Below are positions 36,155 to 45,214 of a stretch of DNA of 58,481 bases, piece by piece. Below the pieces are notes generated by a model. The model saw only the letters and a program-made list of their open reading frames with translations, searched no databases and was not told the origin of the DNA. The stretch is taken from NCBI GenBank assembly GCA_964404225.1, contig CAYOJI010000002.1, forward strand, positions 1 to 58,481. The letters run 5' to 3'. Both the position numbers and the translations under genes were made by a program. This DNA is from an uncultured Nitrospiraceae bacterium. Its GTDB lineage: Bacteria > Nitrospirota > Thermodesulfovibrionia > Thermodesulfovibrionales > SM23-35. How positions within the stretch are numbered: position 1 is the stretch's first letter; every line of letters begins with the position of its first letter.

Positions 36155-37271
36155 CATCCTATCCAAAGCTGAAAACCTAAAAGTAAAATATTTTTTTATA
36201 CCATCTCTTAAACTTTACAGCAAAGCACTAAAAGAATATGAAAAACTGAATGATATGTCAGGAATATACAATTGTTTAGTCTCTCTTGGTGATATATATA
36301 GAATGACGGGTAATTTCGATCTTTCTGAAAAATATTATAGAAAGGCTATCAATTTAGCCAAAAAGATGGATTCAGAAATTAAGATGGCAGACGCAAAAGT
36401 GGGGATAGGTCTTTCTTTAAGGGCAAAGGGTAATTGGAGAGGGGCGTTGAAATTAATTCGTGAGTCAAAAGAGATTTATAAGAAAAAAGATGATATCGAG
36501 GGTTTTGCCTTTTCTATATGGGCTGAAGCAGGAGCATTAAGGATAAAAGGAGATATAAGAAAGGCCATCGAGATGTTTAAAGAAGCCCTTTTTGCCTACA
36601 AAACGCTCAATAACCCAGAGGGAATGGGATACTGTTTATGTGGCCTTGGTGGTTCATCGCGTGTCGCGGGTCTTTTAAAAGCTTCTTTGAATTATTATAA
36701 AAAGGCTAATAAAATATTCACTTCTTTAAAGGACACCTTTGGCAGGGCTTATTCTTTTTGTGGCATTGGCAATGCTTACAGAATGCTAAAGAACTACAGA
36801 GAGGCACTTAAAAACTTTTCTAAGGCAATAAGGTTATATGAAAGAATTGGTGATAAAGTGAGTTATGCATATACGTTATGGGGTCTTAGTACAACATACA
36901 AAATGATAGGAGATTATAAAAAGGCATGGGATTACTTGTTAAGTGCTTTGAAACTTTTCAGAAAGACTAAGGATTCGAGGGGGATAATTTATTGTAAACT
37001 TGGATTAGGAGAAATTGAATTTTTAAAGGGAAAAAATTCTAATGCCTTAAAACATATTTTATATGCTAAAAATGAGTCCCAAAAAAATAATTTTGCTTTA
37101 GAGAAGTGTCATGCTGAAACATTATTGTCTTTTATGTACGAAAGTATTCCTTCGGGCTCATTAGCTGAAGTATCACGATCCAAATTTTTTCGTAGAAAAA
37201 TAAACAATAAATGTTATAATCATCTTGGGCTGAAATTCAAAATTGAGGGATTACCCCTAAATGTCCCATAA
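36072..37271 (+). CDS. TPR-repeat protein
   Basis: Multiple 34-40 aa repeats of the type A.Y..A...Y....D..G.A......G..Y. The 5' end overlaps rpe, so the true start is probably internal (for example ATG 36108 or a non-AUG codon after 36154). Confidence 0.7.
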   Translation: MLWALLFLIPKIMERSSSGSKSLSKIDNILSKAENLKVKYFFIPSLKLYSKALKEYEKLNDMSGIYNCLVSLGDIYRMTGNFDLSEKYYRKAINLAKKMDSEIKMADAKVGIGLSLRAKGNWRGALKLIRESKEIYKKKDDIEGFAFSIWAEAGALRIKGDIRKAIEMFKEALFAYKTLNNPEGMGYCLCGLGGSSRVAGLLKASLNYYKKANKIFTSLKDTFGRAYSFCGIGNAYRMLKNYREALKNFSKAIRLYERIGDKVSYAYTLWGLSTTYKMIGDYKKAWDYLLSALKLFRKTKDSRGIIYCKLGLGEIEFLKGKNSNALKHILYAKNESQKNNFALEKCHAETLLSFMYESIPSGSLAEVSRSKFFRRKINNKCYNHLGLKFKIEGLPLNVP

Positions 37272-37300
37272 AATATAATTAATCCAAATTGCATGTAGAA

Positions 37301-37350
37301 TAATGCAGATATTTTGAAAAAATTTATTTTTCAATTCCTTAATGTACTGT
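37301..37350 (+). repeat. Dispersed repeat copy B; partner of 3551..3600
   Basis: TAATGCAGATATTTTGAAAAAATTTATTTTTCAATTCCTTAATGTACTGT. It is followed by a 9-bp inverted repeat GTGTCTGTT/AACAGACAC and a motif related to the 46774..47021 element. Confidence 0.6.
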
Positions 37351-37464
37351 AAGACGCATTACAAGTGTCTGTTAACGGTTGGATGTATAAATATTTTTCC
37401 TTTTGAGCTTAGGGGAAACAGACACGGAAAACGAATTTTTTAAGAAATATCCGTATTATTCAGG

Positions 37465-38022
37465 TTGGAAAGAATCGCTGTGGGAGTTCTGAATATACCT
37501 AATACAATAACAATAACAAGGGTACTCATCATACCTATTTTTGTAACTTCGATAATCTATAAACGATATGATTATTCCTTTTTTCTTTTTGTGACCGCAG
37601 CAATTACGGACATGTTGGACGGTCTCTTTGCAAGGCTTACAAATCAAAAGACTGTATTAGGAACATTTCTTGATCCACTTGCTGATAAATTTTTACTTGT
37701 TACATCGTTTATCGTCTTATCATACTATAGGTGGATACCGGGATGGCTTACAATTATCGTTATAAGCCGAGATATAATTGTTATCGCAGGTTGGTTTATC
37801 CTTTATCTTATATCAGGCATCTCTAAGGTTGAGCCATCGGTATTAGGTAAAATTACGATATGGATACAAAGTTTATTTATTGCGTATGTGCTCTTAAGTA
37901 TAAATCTTTCGCTATCAAGGGAATTGCCCCAAATGCTTTTATGGGCAACGAGCATCGTTACTATTTTTTCAGGACTTCATTATATTTATAAGGGTTTGAA
38001 AATTGCACATGAAGAAGATTGA
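37465..38022 (+). CDS. pgsA: CDP-diacylglycerol--glycerol-3-phosphate 3-phosphatidyltransferase
   Basis: CDP-alcohol phosphotransferase motif D.LDG..AR......G..LDP.ADK. Confidence 0.85.
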   Translation: MERIAVGVLNIPNTITITRVLIIPIFVTSIIYKRYDYSFFLFVTAAITDMLDGLFARLTNQKTVLGTFLDPLADKFLLVTSFIVLSYYRWIPGWLTIIVISRDIIVIAGWFILYLISGISKVEPSVLGKITIWIQSLFIAYVLLSINLSLSRELPQMLLWATSIVTIFSGLHYIYKGLKIAHEED

Positions 38023-39301
38023 ATATGGTATAGAAATAGCGGATATTACGCCAAAAAGTATAGCAGAAGAAAAGGGATTACTTCCAGGAGATTTAATATT
38101 ATCTATTAACTCACAAAGGATACGTGATCCCATAGATTTTATGTTTTATATTGCTGATTATGATTTAAGTATAGATGTAAAAAGAGGAAAAAAGATCATT
38201 AACTTCCACATAAAAAGAGATAAAGATATCGGGGTGGTTTTTAAACCCATTAGAGTAATGACCTGTAAAAATAATTGTATTTTTTGTTTTGTCAAACAAC
38301 TACCAAAAGGTCTCAGAAAATCACTTTATGTTAAAGATGAAGATTATAGAATGTCATTTCTCTATGGGAATTACATAACAATGACAAATCTGAGTAAGCG
38401 TGATAAAGAACGCATAATTAAACAGAGATTAAGCCCATTATATATTTCTGTTCATTCGACAAATAGGACACTTAGAAATAAATTGATTGGAAATAGTAAA
38501 GCACCTGATATAATAAAAGAGTTAAAATTTCTTGCAAACAATAAAATCAGGTTTAATGCTCAGATTGTTTTATGTCCGGGTTATAATGATGGAGAGGAAT
38601 TACAGAGGACATTATCGGATTTATCTAATCTTTATCCCTACATACTCTCTATAGCAGTAGTCCCAGTGGGGCTTACTACCTATAAAAAACACAATATCTT
38701 ACCTGTTGAAAAGAAGGATGCAGAAAATGCCTTAGAAATAATTCAATTTTTCCAAAAAAGGTTCACCAAAAAATACGGAAATCCCCTCGTTTATGGTTCT
38801 GATGAACTTTACTTGAAGGCAGGTCATCCACTACCATCATTGAAGGAATATGGAGAGCTTTATCAGATAGAAAATGGTGTTGGAATGTTACCTTTATTTA
38901 TAAATCAAGCTAAAAATCTAAAGATTCCTAAAGATTTATCTATTAATAGAAAGTTTATTACCTTTACTGGTACATCATTCTATCCTTTCCTTAAGAAGTT
39001 TATAGAAAAGATTACCGAGAAAGGGAGAGTAAAAATTGAGGTATTACCAGTAGAAAATAAAATCTTTGGCTCTTCAATTACTGTTGCTGGGCTTTTAACA
39101 GGTAGGGATGTAATAAAAGCTATATTTGATAGAATAAAGGGCAATGAGATAGTACTTATTCCAGATGTTTTGTTAAATGATGAGGATAAATTTTTAGATG
39201 ATATATCAATAAGTGATTTAGAAGAAGCACTTGGGGTTCGGGCAAAAAAGATTAAATCAACGCCTGAAGGACTTATAAAAGGTATAGCAGAGAGTAATTA
39301 G
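38003..39301 (+). CDS. PDZ + radical-SAM-like + DUF512 protein
   Basis: N-terminal PDZ (AEEKGLLPGDLILSING-like), a CIFCF cluster and the C-terminal DUF512 pattern as I recall it. Confidence 0.7.
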   Translation: MHMKKIEYGIEIADITPKSIAEEKGLLPGDLILSINSQRIRDPIDFMFYIADYDLSIDVKRGKKIINFHIKRDKDIGVVFKPIRVMTCKNNCIFCFVKQLPKGLRKSLYVKDEDYRMSFLYGNYITMTNLSKRDKERIIKQRLSPLYISVHSTNRTLRNKLIGNSKAPDIIKELKFLANNKIRFNAQIVLCPGYNDGEELQRTLSDLSNLYPYILSIAVVPVGLTTYKKHNILPVEKKDAENALEIIQFFQKRFTKKYGNPLVYGSDELYLKAGHPLPSLKEYGELYQIENGVGMLPLFINQAKNLKIPKDLSINRKFITFTGTSFYPFLKKFIEKITEKGRVKIEVLPVENKIFGSSITVAGLLTGRDVIKAIFDRIKGNEIVLIPDVLLNDEDKFLDDISISDLEEALGVRAKKIKSTPEGLIKGIAESN

Positions 39302-39314
39302 ATATATAATTTTA

Positions 39315-39343
39315 TTGACACCCTTAGTCTTTAATGCTAAGAT
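39315..39343 (+). promoter_or_regulatory. sigma-70-type promoter placed for a leaderless transglycosylase mRNA
   Basis: TTGACA (39315-20), 17 nt, TAAGAT (39338-43). Seven nt then separate it from the ATG at 39351, and there is no SD. Confidence 0.45.
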
Positions 39344-39350
39344 TTTTAGC

Positions 39351-40064
39351 ATGAGGTGGTTATTTTTAGGAGTCTTTTTACTCCTTTTTGTTATTACTCA
39401 TGCCCGTGCAGATATATATAAACAGATAGATGAAAATGGTGTTATTTATTATTCAGATGTTCCTCACTGGGGTAAAACAAGTGAGGTTATAAAAGATAGA
39501 GTAGAAAAGTCTTCAAATTATCATATATCGACTAAATCTGCTTCTACTGAAAAGTTAGATTTCCATGATATAATAAACGAAAAAGCCGCTATGTATGATA
39601 TTGACCCTTCTCTTATAAAGGCAGTTATAAAGGCAGAATCTAATTGGGACTGCAGAGCTGTTTCAAGAAAGGGTGCAATGGGTCTTATGCAATTAATGCC
39701 TTCTACTGCCGTGGAAATGAATGTTCGTGACCCATTTGATCCTGAAGAGAATATAGAGGGAGGGGTAAAATATCTTAAGCATTTATTGGAAAGGTTTAAG
39801 GGTGACCTTATATTGGCACTTGCTGCTTATAATGCAGGTCCAACTACAGTTGAAAAATATGGTTATATCCCCCCAATTGCGGAGACAAAACAATATGTGC
39901 AGAAGGTTCTTAATAATTATAATGGCAAAACAATATATTCTAAATCAGGCAGTTCATTAAAAAAAGAGAAAAAGTCTGACTACATTTATAAGATAGTATT
40001 GGAAGACGGAACCATTCTTTTCACAAATTCATATCTTTCGGCTAATAATGTCGCTAAGTTCTAA
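39351..40064 (+). CDS. Lytic transglycosylase (DUF4124 N-terminal + SLT domain)
   Basis: Signal peptide MRWLFLGVFLLLFVITHARA, DIYKQIDENGVIYYSD (DUF4124), and the SLT catalytic region AVIKAESNW...GAMGLMQLMP...AYNAG. Confidence 0.8.
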   Translation: MRWLFLGVFLLLFVITHARADIYKQIDENGVIYYSDVPHWGKTSEVIKDRVEKSSNYHISTKSASTEKLDFHDIINEKAAMYDIDPSLIKAVIKAESNWDCRAVSRKGAMGLMQLMPSTAVEMNVRDPFDPEENIEGGVKYLKHLLERFKGDLILALAAYNAGPTTVEKYGYIPPIAETKQYVQKVLNNYNGKTIYSKSGSSLKKEKKSDYIYKIVLEDGTILFTNSYLSANNVAKF

Positions 40065-40069
40065 ATGGA

Positions 40070-41053
40070 ATGCCTACACAAACAGGTCTGCGGGAAGAGA
40101 TTCTAAAGTTAAAAGAGAAAAGACGTGCCATCATACTTGCACACAATTATCAGCGAGATGAGGTTCAAGAAATAGCAGATTTTACAGGCGACTCGCTTGA
40201 GCTTTCAAGAACAGCATCTACAATAGATTGTGATGTTATTGTATTTGCTGGCGTAAACTTTATGGCAGAAAGTGCATCTATCCTTTCTCCTGATAAAACA
40301 GTACTTTTACCCGAAATAAATGCAGGTTGTCCAATGGCTGATATGATAAGGGTTGATATGCCACGGCGCGAAATAAAAAAATTCCCTGGATTTGATAATC
40401 CACCTTCTTTAATATATCCTTTAGAGTTTACGTTAAGAGATATAAAGGCATTATATCCAGGCATACCGGTTGTTGCCTATGTTAATACTACCGCAGAGGT
40501 AAAGGCTGAAAGCTATATTTGTTGTACTTCAGCAAATATTATTGAAATAATCCAATCTTTAAATTATGATACAGTAATAAGTATACCTGACAGGAACCTC
40601 TCTATGTGGGCGCAGAAACATACAGATAAAAAGATAATAGCATGGGATGGTTTCTGTCATGTTCATGAAAGGGTAAGGCGTGAAGATGTAGAAATAGCCA
40701 GGAGACGATATCCTAAGGCAATTTTAATGGCTCATCCCGAATGCAGATTAGAAGTGCTTGAAATGGCTGATTATGTTACGAGTACTTCTGGAATGTTAAG
40801 ATTTGCAAAGGCATCTCCGGAAAAAGAATTTATAGTTGGGACTGAATTGGGGTTGATGTATAAATTAAAAAAAGAAAATCCTGATAAAGCCTTTTATCCA
40901 TTGAGAGAAGACATGATATGCCCGAGTATGAAGAAAACGACCCTTAAAAGTATCCTTCGGGCATTGAAAGAAAATAAATATGTTGTTAAAGTTCCTGAAG
41001 GTATAAGAATTCCTGCTAAAAAAGCTTTAGATAGAATGCTTGGAATACATTAG
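40070..41053 (+). CDS. nadA: Quinolinate synthase
   Basis: ILAHNYQ, VNFMAESA and HPEC motifs. Confidence 0.95.
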   Translation: MPTQTGLREEILKLKEKRRAIILAHNYQRDEVQEIADFTGDSLELSRTASTIDCDVIVFAGVNFMAESASILSPDKTVLLPEINAGCPMADMIRVDMPRREIKKFPGFDNPPSLIYPLEFTLRDIKALYPGIPVVAYVNTTAEVKAESYICCTSANIIEIIQSLNYDTVISIPDRNLSMWAQKHTDKKIIAWDGFCHVHERVRREDVEIARRRYPKAILMAHPECRLEVLEMADYVTSTSGMLRFAKASPEKEFIVGTELGLMYKLKKENPDKAFYPLREDMICPSMKKTTLKSILRALKENKYVVKVPEGIRIPAKKALDRMLGIH

Positions 41054-41462
41054 AATCTTTATGGATGTCTTTTATAAAATTGCTGAAAAGCGTATTATTG
41101 AGGCTATGGAAAACGGGGAGTTCGATAACCTCGAAGGGAAAGGTAAGCCCTTGAAAATTGAAGACGATCCACTAATACCTGAAGACCTTAGGATAGCTTA
41201 TAGATTTCTTAAAAACGCAGGCTGTATTCCTCCAGAACTCGAGACGAGAAATGAAATAATAAATTTACACTCTTTGATAAATACGATTGATGATGATAAA
41301 GAGAGATTGAGGAAGATCAGAGAATTGAATTTTAAACTGTTGAAAATAAACTTGACGCGCAAGAAGCCACTAAATCTTGAAGATTTTCCCGAATACGAAG
41401 GAAAGTTAACGGACAAATTAATAAACGGTAATAACCGCAAAGTAAGGGATAAGATAAGATAG
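41040..41462 (+). CDS. DUF1992 (DnaJC28-like) protein
   Basis: IAEKRIIEAMENGEFDNLEGKGKPL is the DUF1992 signature. Confidence 0.75.
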   Translation: MEYIRIFMDVFYKIAEKRIIEAMENGEFDNLEGKGKPLKIEDDPLIPEDLRIAYRFLKNAGCIPPELETRNEIINLHSLINTIDDDKERLRKIRELNFKLLKINLTRKKPLNLEDFPEYEGKLTDKLINGNNRKVRDKIR

Positions 41463-41543
41463 AAAAAATAAGTTAAGCGTCACGGATTAAAAAGGGGGAT
41501 GAAACTGTAAAACTATTTTAATAACGAAAACAAATAATCCACA

Positions 41544-41770
41544 TACGGTCGGAAGTCAGGGAAGAGGAGTGAACCTTAAATGGTGATTCTCCCGCTGCCC
41601 CGCAGCCGTGATGGGAACGAAAGCCCAGAAAGACAGTGAATTAGAAAAAAGTGAATTAGTGAGTTTAAAAAACAAATTCACTGTTTATAAAAGCCACTGT
41701 CATGAGTAATATTATGATGGGAAGGTGGGCAAGTAGGATGCCCTAAGCCGGAAGACCTATCTAAACCGTA
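41544..41770 (+). promoter_or_regulatory. Cobalamin (B12) riboswitch
   Basis: P1 is TACGGT/ACCGTA. Conserved core elements present: AGGGAAG (41558-64), GGTGA, GCTGCCCCGCAGCCGTGA, GCCACTG (41693-99), GGGAAGG (41719-25), and the B12 box AGCCGGAAGACCT (41746-58). It lies upstream of btuC-btuD-cobO. Confidence 0.85.
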
Positions 41771-41898
41771 CAAACCTCAAATTAAATCTCTCAAGGATAA
41801 AAAATGGAAAGAGGTTATCAATCAAATTGCATTAGATTCCTTTGTAAACGGTATTATAGAATCGCTGAAGGAATAAATGTTGGTGGTGCAGGGAGGAA

Positions 41899-42966
41899 AT
41901 GGGCTTTACAGTCGTGAAGAGATATTTAGACAAACTTCGGATGTTATCTATGAAAAATAAATTAAATTGTTTACTAACTAAGATTGTGGTTTTAGTAGGA
42001 ATTCTTTTGGGAATAGGCATTTTCTCTTTATCCATTGGTTCTGTAAGTATCCCTATTAAGAAAATTTTTTCTTTAGTCTTAGGGGGTGAGTCCACAACTG
42101 AATATAGTGTCTTATTTGACATTCGTTTACCCCGCATTATTTTAGGTTTTGCTATAGGTGGAGCATTGAGTCTGGCGGGGGTGATTTTACAGGGAATATT
42201 CCGTAATCCACTAGTTGAACCATACACACTTGGCATCTCGGGTGGAGCAGCATTGGGCGTATGCTTGAATATTCTATTTAAGTTAAACGAAATATTTAGC
42301 ATTCTATCATTACCATTATGTGGCTTTATTGGTGCAATTGCGGTAATTGTTTTACTTTACTTTTTTAGTTTAAAAAGAGGGTTTTTTAAAATACATGAAA
42401 TCCTACTCGCTGGTGTAATGATAAGTTTTATCTCTTCATCTTTAGTAATGCTAATTATGGCTACGTCTCGCACAGAAGACCTTCACGGAATTATCTTTTG
42501 GATAATGGGTTCTTTAGAAGAACCAAATTGGCTTCTTATAAAATTGATGGTTTTTATATCCATTTTAGGATTAATTGTATCTTATTTGTTTTGTTTAGAT
42601 TTAAATGCTCTCTCCTTAGGTGAAGAGGAGGCAATTCATCTTGGCATAGATATAGAGAAGGTAAAAAAAATACTTTTTCTTTTAACTTCACTCCTGACAG
42701 GCTTCGGCGTTTCTATTACGGGTATTATTGGTTTCGTTGGTTTGGTTGTTCCACATTTCGTCAGAATATTTGTAGGTGGAGATTATAGAATACTTTTAGT
42801 TAGTTCTTTTCTTTGTGGCGCAGGTTTCTTGATTTTTTGTGATACCTTAGCAAGGACAATTATTGCCCCTACGGAATTGCCAGTGGGGGTAATAACGGGT
42901 ATATTGGGAGGTAGCCTTTTTATATATGCCTTAACTAAGAAGGGAACATCTTTAGGAGAAAAGTAA
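41899..42966 (+). CDS. btuC: FecCD/BtuC-family ABC permease (cobalamin/corrinoid or siderophore type)
   Basis: FecCD-family motifs (RLPRI..G...GGALSLAG...Q...RNPL..P...G). The true start may be an internal ATG (41941 or 41950). Confidence 0.85.
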   Translation: MGFTVVKRYLDKLRMLSMKNKLNCLLTKIVVLVGILLGIGIFSLSIGSVSIPIKKIFSLVLGGESTTEYSVLFDIRLPRIILGFAIGGALSLAGVILQGIFRNPLVEPYTLGISGGAALGVCLNILFKLNEIFSILSLPLCGFIGAIAVIVLLYFFSLKRGFFKIHEILLAGVMISFISSSLVMLIMATSRTEDLHGIIFWIMGSLEEPNWLLIKLMVFISILGLIVSYLFCLDLNALSLGEEEAIHLGIDIEKVKKILFLLTSLLTGFGVSITGIIGFVGLVVPHFVRIFVGGDYRILLVSSFLCGAGFLIFCDTLARTIIAPTELPVGVITGILGGSLFIYALTKKGTSLGEK

Positions 42967-43769
42967 TGCTTGAAATAAACGATTTGACATGTGGATATGA
43001 TAATGGTTTTTTTCTTCGAGATATTAATCTAAAAATAAATGAAAAAGAATTAATCGGAATAATTGGTCCTAACGGTTCTGGGAAAACAACCTTGTTACGA
43101 GCCATAACCAGAGTTTTACGCCCTATGAAGGGAAAAATCATATTTAAAGGAAAGGATATCTGGCAGGTATCGCTTAAAGAATTATCAAGGAAGATAGCTG
43201 TGGTAACACAGAATCCACCGGGAAATTATATGAGGGTAGAAGATTTTGTACTTATGGGGAGGATTCCGCATTACAAAAGATTTCAGTTTTTTGAAACAAA
43301 GCAGGACATCGAGATTTCTGAAAGGTGTATGATTTTAACAAATACCCTCAAGTTTAAGGATAAATCTTTAAATCAAATAAGCGGTGGAGAAAGACAACTT
43401 GTATCTATTGCTCGAGCATTAGCACAGGAGCCCCAATTACTATTATTAGATGAGCCGACTGCTCATTTAGACATTGCTCATCAGATTGGAATTATGGATC
43501 TTGTTAAGAGGTTAAATAAAGAATTTGGACTTACAGTGATTATGGTTTTACATGACCTTAACTTAGCAAGCGAATATTGCGATAGAGTGATTCTTTTAAA
43601 TGAAGGAAAGGTCTATAAAACAGGTACACCTCATAGTGTATTAACCTATCAGGTTATTGAAGAGGTGTACAAAACGCTCGTATTAGTAAAGGAGAATCCT
43701 TTGAGCCGAAGACCATATGTGTTCTTAGTTTCAAAAGAAGTTAGGGAAAGGGGGGATCATGGAAAATAA
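42966..43769 (+). CDS. btuD: BtuD/FecE-type ABC ATPase
   Basis: Walker A GPNGSGKTT, ISGGERQLV, LLLDEPT, HDLN. Confidence 0.85.
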   Translation: MLEINDLTCGYDNGFFLRDINLKINEKELIGIIGPNGSGKTTLLRAITRVLRPMKGKIIFKGKDIWQVSLKELSRKIAVVTQNPPGNYMRVEDFVLMGRIPHYKRFQFFETKQDIEISERCMILTNTLKFKDKSLNQISGGERQLVSIARALAQEPQLLLLDEPTAHLDIAHQIGIMDLVKRLNKEFGLTVIMVLHDLNLASEYCDRVILLNEGKVYKTGTPHSVLTYQVIEEVYKTLVLVKENPLSRRPYVFLVSKEVRERGDHGK

Positions 43770-44289
43770 GGGGTTAGTCCAGATTTATACAGGTAATGGC
43801 AAAGGGAAGACCACTGCAGCTGTTGGCCTTTCTATAAGGGCAATTTCACATGGGCTTAATGTATGTTATATATTTTTTCATAAAGATCCTGACAGATGGG
43901 AATATGGAGAGTTAAGGATATTAAAGGAGTTGGGCGTAGACGTGTATGGTTGTGCCAAAAAACATCCTTATTTTTCTGGAGTTATAAATGAAGAAGAAAT
44001 AAGAAAAGAATGTTTAGAAGCCCTTGATTTCATTAAAGAGATTAGTAGACAAAATAAATACGACATCCTTATTCTTGACGAAATAAATATCTCTTTGAGG
44101 GATGGTTTCTTAAAAGAAGAAGAGGTTTTGGAGATATTAGATTCTAAGCATGAAAACTTGGAAATAGTATTAACAGGTAGGGATTGTCCTGAAAAATTAA
44201 TAGAAAAGGCAGATTTAGTTAGTGAAATAAAAAAAATAAAACACCCTTTTGATAAAGGTTTACTGGGGAGGAAAGGCATTGAATATTAG
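43759..44289 (+). CDS. cobO: Cob(I)yrinic acid a,c-diamide (corrinoid) adenosyltransferase
   Basis: GLVQIYTGNGKGKTTAA.G...RA P-loop and ILDE motifs, typical of CobO/BtuR. Confidence 0.9.
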   Translation: MENKGLVQIYTGNGKGKTTAAVGLSIRAISHGLNVCYIFFHKDPDRWEYGELRILKELGVDVYGCAKKHPYFSGVINEEEIRKECLEALDFIKEISRQNKYDILILDEINISLRDGFLKEEEVLEILDSKHENLEIVLTGRDCPEKLIEKADLVSEIKKIKHPFDKGLLGRKGIEY

Positions 44290-44305
44290 AATATTGGTCG
44301 AATAT

Positions 44306-45214
44306 TTAGTAACCGATTCTTTTAATAGCTTCTTTCAATTCTTTGCGCGCTTTTTTGTCAAAAAGGATTTCGGCATGATTGCATTTAAAAGTATAATGTT
44401 CGTTACTCCAGGGTAATCTCGAGCTCTCGGCTGAGACTAAGCCGTCTCCTTTACCTTTTTTTATCTCCTCCGGATATAAACTTTGAGGAATAACCTTTTC
44501 GAAGATATCGGGAATTGATATATGAGGTGAAGTAAAAATTGTAGGGTTAGTTCCACCTGCGGATATATAATAAATTCCATCCAGTGGTCCGTCTTTAAGG
44601 GTTCGGAAGAAATTTGAATTTGGAAGTAATTCTTTTAATGCTCGGCTTTTCAATAATTCATTGATTTTATTTAGAGCAAATGAAATCGTTCCCCTGTCTC
44701 CCGTGGGGAAAAAAGGCTTTATCATCGATACCATGGGTATAAGATACCTTGCGATCTTTGCTATCGAAGTTCCTTTGTGAGGAGTAGAGATTGTTACAAG
44801 TCCTTTTATTGAATAATCTTTTTCTAAAAGGTACTTTCTTCCAATGAGTCCGCCCCTACTATGACCTATAAGAATAACACCTTTTTTTGTTAGTTCTTTT
44901 GCTTTATTCAGGATTTCCTTTAGTTCTTTTAGCGCTTCAGCTATAGTCCCTATTGGCTTTCTCTGACTCCATGTAATAACTGTATATCCGTCTTGTTTTA
45001 AATCATGAAAGATTGTTTGAAGCTCATCTTCATTGTTTTTTGTTATTTCATTTTTCATTTTTTTTCTTAAAAAAAACTGTATTGGGATCTTTTCTCCAAG
45101 GACCCTTGAAGTGGACGGATTTATCCATATGTCTTTATTCATACCCATTCCGTGTATAAATATAATAGCAGGCTTTTTACTATCACCTATGAAATAAACC
45201 GTATCTATTTTCAT
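44306..45214 (-). CDS. Alpha/beta-fold hydrolase (lipase/esterase-like)
   Basis: HGMGMN oxyanion region and the GHSRGG nucleophile elbow. Its start overlaps the stop of the upstream GH3 gene. Confidence 0.7.
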   Translation of the reverse strand: MKIDTVYFIGDSKKPAIIFIHGMGMNKDIWINPSTSRVLGEKIPIQFFLRKKMKNEITKNNEDELQTIFHDLKQDGYTVITWSQRKPIGTIAEALKELKEILNKAKELTKKGVILIGHSRGGLIGRKYLLEKDYSIKGLVTISTPHKGTSIAKIARYLIPMVSMIKPFFPTGDRGTISFALNKINELLKSRALKELLPNSNFFRTLKDGPLDGIYYISAGGTNPTIFTSPHISIPDIFEKVIPQSLYPEEIKKGKGDGLVSAESSRLPWSNEHYTFKCNHAEILFDKKARKELKEAIKRIGY

